DNA of 64,000 nucleotides from Escherichia coli (GTDB lineage Bacteria; Pseudomonadota; Gammaproteobacteria; Enterobacterales; Enterobacteriaceae): NCBI RefSeq assembly GCF_016903815.1, contig NZ_CP069973.1; one strand, 5' to 3'. Shown piece by piece: positions 62,689 to 64,000 of this stretch (position 1 is its first letter; each line of letters starts with the position of its first letter). The notes under the pieces were generated by a model. It saw only the letters and a program-made list of their open reading frames with translations, ran no database searches and was not told where the DNA came from. The position numbers and the translations under genes were made by a program.

Positions 62689-64000
62689 ATGCTAAAAATC
62701 TTCAATACTCTGACACGCCAAAAAGAGGAATTTAAGCCTATTCACGCCGGGGAAGTCGGCATGTACGTGTGTGGAATCACCGTTTACGATCTCTGTCATA
62801 TCGGTCACGGGCGTACCTTTGTTGCTTTTGACGTGGTTGCGCGCTATCTGCGTTTCCTCGGCTATAAGCTGAAGTATGTGCGCAACATTACTGATATCGA
62901 CGACAAAATCATCAAACGCGCCAATGAAAATGGCGAAAGCTTTGTGGCGCTGGTGGATCGCATGATCGCCGAAATGCACAAAGATTTTGATGCTTTGAAC
63001 ATTCTGCGCCCGGATATGGAGCCGCGCGCGACGCATCATATCGCAGAAATTATTGAACTCACTGAACAACTGATCGCCAAAGGTCACGCTTATGTGGCGG
63101 ACAACGGCGACGTGATGTTTGACGTACCGACCGATCCGACATATGGCGTGCTGTCGCGTCAGGATCTCGACCAGCTGCAGGCAGGCGCGCGCGTTGACGT
63201 GGTCGACGACAAACGCAACCCGATGGATTTCGTTCTGTGGAAGATGTCGAAAGAGGGCGAACCGAGCTGGCCGTCGCCGTGGGGCGCGGGCCGTCCAGGC
63301 TGGCACATTGAATGTTCGGCAATGAACTGCAAGCAGCTGGGTAACCACTTTGATATCCACGGCGGCGGTTCAGACCTGATGTTTCCGCACCACGAGAACG
63401 AAATCGCTCAGTCCACCTGTGCCCATGATGGTCAGTATGTGAACTACTGGATGCACTCCGGGATGGTAATGGTTGACCGCGAGAAGATGTCGAAATCGCT
63501 GGGTAACTTCTTTACCGTGCGCGATGTGCTGAAATACTACGATGCTGAAACCGTGCGTTACTTCCTGATGTCAGGCCACTATCGCAGCCAGCTGAACTAC
63601 AGCGAAGAGAACCTGAAGCAGGCGCGTGCGGCGCTGGAGCGTCTCTACACTGCGCTGCGCGGCACAGATAAAACCGTTGCGCCTGCCGGTGGCGAAGCGT
63701 TTGAAGCGCGCTTTATTGAAGCGATGGACGACGATTTCAACACCCCGGAAGCCTATTCCGTGCTGTTTGATATGGCGCGTGAAGTAAACCGTCTGAAAGC
63801 AGAAGATATGGTAGCGGCAAACGCGATGGCGTCTCATCTGCGTAAACTTTCCGCCGTATTGGGCCTGCTGGAGCAAGAACCGGAAGCGTTCCTGCAAAGC
63901 GGTGCGCAGGCAGACGACAGCGAAGTGGCTGAGATTGAAGCGTTAATTCAACAGCGTCTGGATGCCCGTAAAGCGAAAGACTGGGCGGCGGCAGATGCGG
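62689..64000 (+). CDS. cysS: Cysteine--tRNA ligase; the 3' end runs off the window
   Basis: The ATG at 62689 gives [44 protein letters not shown] (HIGH motif), with KMSKS at ~63485. The frame is open to the window end, so it is absent from the ORF track. Confidence 0.95.
   Translation, partial: MLKIFNTLTRQKEEFKPIHAGEVGMYVCGITVYDLCHIGHGRTFVAFDVVARYLRFLGYKLKYVRNITDIDDKIIKRANENGESFVALVDRMIAEMHKDFDALNILRPDMEPRATHHIAEIIELTEQLIAKGHAYVADNGDVMFDVPTDPTYGVLSRQDLDQLQAGARVDVVDDKRNPMDFVLWKMSKEGEPSWPSPWGAGRPGWHIECSAMNCKQLGNHFDIHGGGSDLMFPHHENEIAQSTCAHDGQYVNYWMHSGMVMVDREKMSKSLGNFFTVRDVLKYYDAETVRYFLMSGHYRSQLNYSEENLKQARAALERLYTALRGTDKTVAPAGGEAFEARFIEAMDDDFNTPEAYSVLFDMAREVNRLKAEDMVAANAMASHLRKLSAVLGLLEQEPEAFLQSGAQADDSEVAEIEALIQQRLDARKAKDWAAADA

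Noticed and set aside
62009..63360. A 228-aa plus-strand ORF over ppiB and a 222-aa minus-strand ORF over the cysS 5' region
   Set aside because: They are antisense to two highly conserved, unambiguous genes (ppiB, and cysS with HIGH/KMSKS motifs). The true cysS frame is missing from the track only because it has no stop inside the window.

Overview
This window is Escherichia coli chromosome, from cueR to cysS, from a non-K-12 strain. The gene order as I recall it from K-12 is cueR, ybbJ-qmcA, fetAB, cnoX, ybbO, tesA, ybbAP, rhsD, mnmH, the allantoin regulon (allS, allA, allR, gcl-hyi-glxR-ybbW-allB-ybbY-glxK, allE-allC-allD, fdrA-ylbE-ylbF-ybcF), purEK, lpxH, ppiB and cysS. Three accessory segments interrupt this core.

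(1) 1-20025 is GC-rich. It carries the 3' 16.7 kb of a giant gene for a repetitive adhesin secreted by a type I secretion system (T1SS). More than 5,560 aa are visible. The gene has a hierarchical repeat structure of (ABCDEF)x6 super-repeats of about 1,794 bp. Its C-terminus has FG-GAP and UnbV/ASPIC-like, RTX and T1SS-signal modules. It is tightly coupled to an ABC exporter and an HlyD-type membrane fusion protein (MFP). The MFP stop codon overlaps the cueR start codon.

(2) 20430-23046 is an AT-rich 2.6 kb islet. It holds a three-gene operon: a headless trimeric autotransporter with a YadA-type anchor, a lipoprotein and a small membrane protein. A divergent MqsA-like HTH regulator and a repeated GTTTCT/AGAAAC palindrome motif accompany it. 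A REP/BIME cluster bounds the islet.

(3) 31897-38300 is the rhs locus. It has a PAAR-Rhs protein whose AT-rich C-terminal toxin domain looks homologous to vertebrate serum amyloid A. An IS1 insertion removes the last 26 codons of that toxin. A membrane-anchored immunity candidate follows. Beyond it lie a dead rhs 5' fragment and a internally deleted transposase remnant.

In the core region, allD carries an in-frame amber codon and ylbE is intact. All calls come from reading the sequence and from recalled family knowledge. No database searches were run.
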